DNA of 64,000 nucleotides from Polyangiales bacterium (GTDB lineage Bacteria; Myxococcota_A; Polyangia; Polyangiales; Ga0077539): contig JBGARZ010000006.1 in NCBI GenBank assembly GCA_044229975.1, forward strand, positions 224,001 to 288,000. The letters are read 5' to 3'. The notes under the pieces were generated by a model. The model saw nothing but the letters and a program-made list of their open reading frames with translations. It did no database searches and was not told the origin of the DNA. Positions 59,757 to 64,000 of the stretch are shown piece after piece. The translations under genes and the position numbers were made by a program. Each line of letters begins with the position of its first letter. The first letter of the stretch is position 1.

Positions 59757-59857
59757 GGGGAGACCTTCTCTTTCTCCTCGTCACACTGCGGCCGTCATCT
59801 GCGGCCAGTCCGGCGAGGCGGGAGAAGCTTGGGTCTCGTGTGTGGGGATGTCGAGGT

Positions 59858-60706
59858 CTACGGCGTCTGCGCGAGGTACGACTCCACGTCGCGTAGCGCG
59901 GCCTGCACCGCAGAGGTGATGAGCGTCGCCTCGGTGCGGCGCAGTGCCGCAGCGTCGTGGCCGTAGGGCGCGGGCAGCGAGGCGGCGCCGGTGACCATGC
60001 CGACGATGGCGTGCTGCGGCTCGGAGACGATGACGAGGTTGACCTCGGCGCGCAGGCGCTCACCGTCGGGGGCGGGCACGCGACGAACGGTCTGGAGGCC
60101 GCCGTCGAGGGAGAACTGGCGGAGCGAACCGCTGCGCAGGCGGCGCTGGGCGGCGGGGGGCAGGAGGCCGGGGTGCAGCGCGACGGTGCCGCGGTTGCGG
60201 AGCGCGCTACGGACGGCGTCGCGGAGCAGGTCGACGCGGGCGGCGTCGGAGCCCTCGCGGTCGGCGAGCTCGCCGGGGCGGACGAGGAAGCGGACAGCGG
60301 CGAGGTCGACGGGCTGCGGGGCTTCGAAGGTGGCGCTGGCGGAGGGTGTTCCGAGGCGGGCGAGGGCGCGGGTGACGGCGTCGCGGACGTTGTCGTTGGG
60401 GTCTTGCAGGTGGGCCTGGAGGGCGGCGATGGAGCCGGCGTCGCGGAGATCGGCGAGTGACGCGGCGGCGGCGGCGCGGACGACGGCGGCGGGGTCGGAG
60501 AGCGCGTCACGCAGGGCGGCGGGCGCGTCGGCGCTGGGCAGGCGAGCCAGGGAGAGGGCGGCCTGCGCGCGGGTACGGGCATCGGGCGCGCTGCGGAGCA
60601 TCTGGACGACCGGCGAGGCGGCGGCAGAGCGCTGCGCGGAGGCGGTGGATGCTGCGAGGAGGAGGGAGGCGGCGAGCGAACAGATCCACCGGGCTTTTGA
60701 GCGCAT
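59858..60706 (-). CDS. Exported HEAT-repeat protein
   Basis: Signal peptide; LSDPAAVVRAAAAASL and LQDPNDNVRDAVTRAL repeats. Confidence 0.85.
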   Translation of the reverse strand: MRSKARWICSLAASLLLAASTASAQRSAAASPVVQMLRSAPDARTRAQAALSLARLPSADAPAALRDALSDPAAVVRAAAAASLADLRDAGSIAALQAHLQDPNDNVRDAVTRALARLGTPSASATFEAPQPVDLAAVRFLVRPGELADREGSDAARVDLLRDAVRSALRNRGTVALHPGLLPPAAQRRLRSGSLRQFSLDGGLQTVRRVPAPDGERLRAEVNLVIVSEPQHAIVGMVTGAASLPAPYGHDAAALRRTEATLITSAVQAALRDVESYLAQTP

Positions 60707-60919
60707 GAAGGGCCTCCCTAACAGCGTAGGCAAAGGGTCACCGAAGGTGTTCGCGTGTGCCTTTAGGAGAAAGGGCGACTGCGCGAAGAACCAGGGAACG
60801 CCACCATCACACGATACGAGACCGCTGTCACGTTACCGAACACGGAAAAATGAGGTGATTATTGCACCTACACCGCCCCGGATGTGCCGCTCGGTCGGTT
60901 GTCGGTAATGAATTGGACT

Positions 60920-63900
60920 TTATCCGTGAAGGAGCTTTTCGAGCATCGGGAGGAGGACGCGCTCGAAGGCGGGGCCCTGCGGTGTCGGTTGAGGCGGCGG
61001 CGGCGGCGCGTAGACCTCGACAGGTGGTGGTGGCGGAGCGGTGTAGACCTCGGGCGGCGGCTGCGGCGCTGCGGCGGGCGCGCTGCTCTGGGCGAAGGGG
61101 TCGCCGCTGGCATCGACGACCCAGTCACCCGAGACGCGCGTGAAGGGGTCACCGGGTGACGGCGCGATCGCGACGGGTTGTGGATTGAACTGAAGCGCGG
61201 GCGGTGGTGGTGCGACCGCGATGGGTTGTGGGTTGAACTGAAGCGCGGGCGGTGGTGGTGCGACCGCGACGGGTTGTGGATTGAACTGGAGCGCGGGCGG
61301 TGGTGGTGCGATCGCGATGGGTTGTGGGTTGAACTGGAGCGCGGGCGGCGGCGGCGCGACCGCGACGGGTTGTGGATTGAACTGAAGCGCGGGCGGCGGC
61401 GGCGCGACCGCGACGGGTTGTGGGTTGAACTGAAGCGCGGAGACGGCCGGAGGCGGCGCCACGTACTCGGGTGGCGGCTCCGGGGTGATCGGCGTGAACG
61501 ACGGCGTGACGGCCGCGGGCGGCGCGGGCGCAGGCATGGACGGGGGGACGCCCGTCGCGATGCGCTGGCGCGGCAGCGTGGGGAGCGACGGCAACGACGG
61601 CCGCGGGCGGGCGGGCGGCGGGACGGAGGGCGTCGGCGCGGGCGGCGGGTTGGTCGGGGGAGCGGCGACGGGCGCGGCGACGGACGCGGCGGGCTTGAGG
61701 GTGGGCGTCGGCGCGGGCGGCTCGGTCTGCGTGGGCGTCGACGAGGTGGGCTCTCCGAAGAGGCTCTCATCGATGATCATGGAGTCTTCGTCGGCGGAGG
61801 GCGGATCGGTCGGCGGTGGCGCGACCACGATCGGTGGCGGCGGTGCCTTGAGCTCCGCGGTGACGGAGCCGACCTCGGGCAGCGCGACACCATCGAGCGG
61901 GGTTCGCTCTTCGGACTCCGCCGGCGGGGTTGGTTGTTTCGGTGCGGGCTCGGGCTCGGCGAAGGTGCTGATCGACGCGGTGGGCTCGGGCTCGGGCTCT
62001 GGTTGGGCGAAGGTGCTGATGGAGGCCGTGGATTCAGGTTCGGCGGACAGCTCTTCGATGGCGTCATCGGACAACTCGTCGATGACCTCCGCGGTGTGCT
62101 GTGCGGAGGCGGCGAGGGTCGTCGGTTCGGGGGGCGGCGTGGTCGGGCTCGCGTCCACCTCTGCTTCCGTCTCTGCCGCTCCCGTGTCTGTTTCCGCTAC
62201 CGCTACCGCTTCCGTCTCCGCGGGCGCGGGGTCTGCCGTCGGGGGTTCGGTGATCACCGCCGCGGCGGGCTCGTCGACGACCTGTCGCTCGATGGTCACG
62301 GCTCTGGTCTGCTCCTCGTCGGCGTCTCGTTCGATGGCGATGGCCTTGGTGGGCTCGTCGATGACGTCCGTCTCGACGGTGACGATCCCGGTGGGTTCGT
62401 CCCGGTCCATGGGCTCCGCTGCGGGCGTCTCTGGCGCTGGCTCCGCGACCGGCGGCAGCACCGCCGTCACCGGCTCCGACGCCGGCGCTTCGGCCTTCGC
62501 CTCGGCCCTCCTGGCGACCTCGGCCAGCAGCTCCTCGAACATCACCGGCGCCGTCCCCGGATCATCCAGCGTCGCGACCAGGCCCTTCATCGCGTCGTCG
62601 TCGGGGCTGAACCGCAGCGCCCGCTCGGCGAGCTGCCGCGCCTGCTCCTTGCGACCCAGCTCGAACGACAACTGCGCCGCCCGGCCATAGAACTCCCCGG
62701 CGCGCCGCCCCGGCGCCACCGGGTGATCGGCGTACGCCACCAGCGTCGTGAGCTGCGCCTCGCGGTCTCCCATCGCGCCCAGCACCCGCGCCTCGGCCTC
62801 CCACGCGAGGGCGCTCGTCGGGTCGATGCTGCGCGCGTTGCGCCACGCCTCGACGCTGCTCTCCAGATCACCGATGCGCTCCAGGTGCTCGGCGAGCTGG
62901 CTCCACCGCGACGCCGCGTGCGTCGGGCCCGCGCGCTCGATGAGGGCGTACAGCATCGCCGTCACGCCGATGTCGTCGCCCGCGCGCCGCCGCGCCTCCG
63001 TCAGCGCGCGCCCCACGTCGTCGTCCGGGTGCTGAACCCACAGCCGCTCCAGCACCTCCGTCTCGCGCGCCACGTCGGGCCGGTGTTCCCGTCGCACCTG
63101 CACCCAGCGCATCCACAGTCGCCGCGACTCCGACGGGTCGTCCTCCGCCTCGGCCTGCGTCGCGAGGCGCTCCAGCACCTGGTCCCAGTCCTCCACCCGG
63201 GTCATCAATCGCAGCAGCGCGGCCTGCGCCTCGGCGCGCCCCTCCGCGGTCTCCGCCACGCGCTCCAGCGACTCCCACGCCGTGCGCGCGTCGGCCACGT
63301 CGTCGAAGCGCCGCTCGGCGAGCTGGGCCACCTCGCGCAGCCAACGAACCCGCGACGCCGCCTCGACGCCGTCGACCTTCGCGGCCGCGCGCAGCCGATC
63401 GCGCAGCTCGCCCAGCAACCCCTGGAGTCGACAGTCACGCTCGATCTCGGCCAGTGCCTCGGCCTCCGCGGGAGACTCGTCGAGCAGCGATCGCAACGCC
63501 GCCAGGTGCTGCGGCTTCTGTCCGCTCTGCTTCCACGCCTGCGCGCGTCGACGCAACACCGCCAGCCGCGCGTCGTCCTCCGCGGGCATCGGCAGTCGGT
63601 CGAGCAGCTTCGCCAGGTCGAGGTGCCGACCGAGCTTCTCGTAGAGCTTCGCGAGCGACTGCGCCGCCTGCGGATCATCGTCGGCCGCCGCCGAGAGAAC
63701 CGTCACCGCGTCCTCGGGTCGGTGCGTGGCGACGTAGGCGTCCGCGAGGTCGCGCCGCACCCGCTGACCGCGCGCGCCCTTCGGGTCGGCCGCGAGAAAC
63801 TGGATGCGCAGCGTGGTGAGGTCGGCCTGCTTGAGCGATCCGCTCTCCTCCAGCACCTCGAACGCGCTCACCTCACCCGGCCACAGCGACAGCGCCGCCT

Positions 63901-64000
63901 GCGCGAACTCCACCGCGCGCCCCGTCGCTCCCTCCTTCGCCACGAGGCCCAGCAGCGCCGCCGCCTCCCGCTGGTCGGGGTCGACCTCACCTTCCGCCAA
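60920..64000 (-). CDS. Large TPR-like protein with acidic/Pro-rich C-terminus (5' end outside the window)
   Basis: Open frame of more than 1000 codons; helical repeats followed by a low-complexity tail. Confidence 0.82.
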   Translation of the reverse strand: MAEGEVDPDQREAAALLGLVAKEGATGRAVEFAQAALSLWPGEVSAFEVLEESGSLKQADLTTLRIQFLAADPKGARGQRVRRDLADAYVATHRPEDAVTVLSAAADDDPQAAQSLAKLYEKLGRHLDLAKLLDRLPMPAEDDARLAVLRRRAQAWKQSGQKPQHLAALRSLLDESPAEAEALAEIERDCRLQGLLGELRDRLRAAAKVDGVEAASRVRWLREVAQLAERRFDDVADARTAWESLERVAETAEGRAEAQAALLRLMTRVEDWDQVLERLATQAEAEDDPSESRRLWMRWVQVRREHRPDVARETEVLERLWVQHPDDDVGRALTEARRRAGDDIGVTAMLYALIERAGPTHAASRWSQLAEHLERIGDLESSVEAWRNARSIDPTSALAWEAEARVLGAMGDREAQLTTLVAYADHPVAPGRRAGEFYGRAAQLSFELGRKEQARQLAERALRFSPDDDAMKGLVATLDDPGTAPVMFEELLAEVARRAEAKAEAPASEPVTAVLPPVAEPAPETPAAEPMDRDEPTGIVTVETDVIDEPTKAIAIERDADEEQTRAVTIERQVVDEPAAAVITEPPTADPAPAETEAVAVAETDTGAAETEAEVDASPTTPPPEPTTLAASAQHTAEVIDELSDDAIEELSAEPESTASISTFAQPEPEPEPTASISTFAEPEPAPKQPTPPAESEERTPLDGVALPEVGSVTAELKAPPPPIVVAPPPTDPPSADEDSMIIDESLFGEPTSSTPTQTEPPAPTPTLKPAASVAAPVAAPPTNPPPAPTPSVPPPARPRPSLPSLPTLPRQRIATGVPPSMPAPAPPAAVTPSFTPITPEPPPEYVAPPPAVSALQFNPQPVAVAPPPPALQFNPQPVAVAPPPPALQFNPQPIAIAPPPPALQFNPQPVAVAPPPPALQFNPQPIAVAPPPPALQFNPQPVAIAPSPGDPFTRVSGDWVVDASGDPFAQSSAPAAAPQPPPEVYTAPPPPPVEVYAPPPPPQPTPQGPAFERVLLPMLEKLLHG
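61152..61439 (-). repeat. Coding 48-bp tandem repeat, 6 units (ALQFNPQPVAVAPPPP)
   Basis: Visible in both the DNA and the translation. Confidence 0.93.

Overview
Very GC-rich bacterial chromosome segment that looks like Myxococcota (FHA-sigma54 activator, FHA-GGDEF, STAND Ser/Thr kinase, zinc-ribbon/TPR proteins). It spans the replication origin (gyrB 5' part, recF, dnaN, dnaA, with DnaA-box clusters on both sides of dnaA). The rest is about 50 housekeeping, signalling and envelope genes, including smpB, comF, tatD, corA, phoH, ttcA, rarA and bioB. No tRNA, rRNA, CRISPR array, integrase or transposase was recognised. Best leads: (1) a probable unannotated small selenoprotein at 54420-54803, where an in-frame TGA is followed 11 nt later by a SECIS-like hairpin and the frame stays open; (2) an Orn/Lys/Arg decarboxylase split by a +1 frameshift exactly at TTC-TAG, next to an SMR-like exporter gene; (3) a 2.4-kb integrase-less defence islet that duplicates the 3' end of its target gene and holds a collapsed type I R-M operon plus an AlbA_2-type gene; (4) a 154-bp near-perfect inverted-repeat element; (5) a structured intergenic RNA candidate; (6) dnaN and recF in one frame separated by a single TGA. 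All protein calls come from motif recognition by eye. No searches were run.
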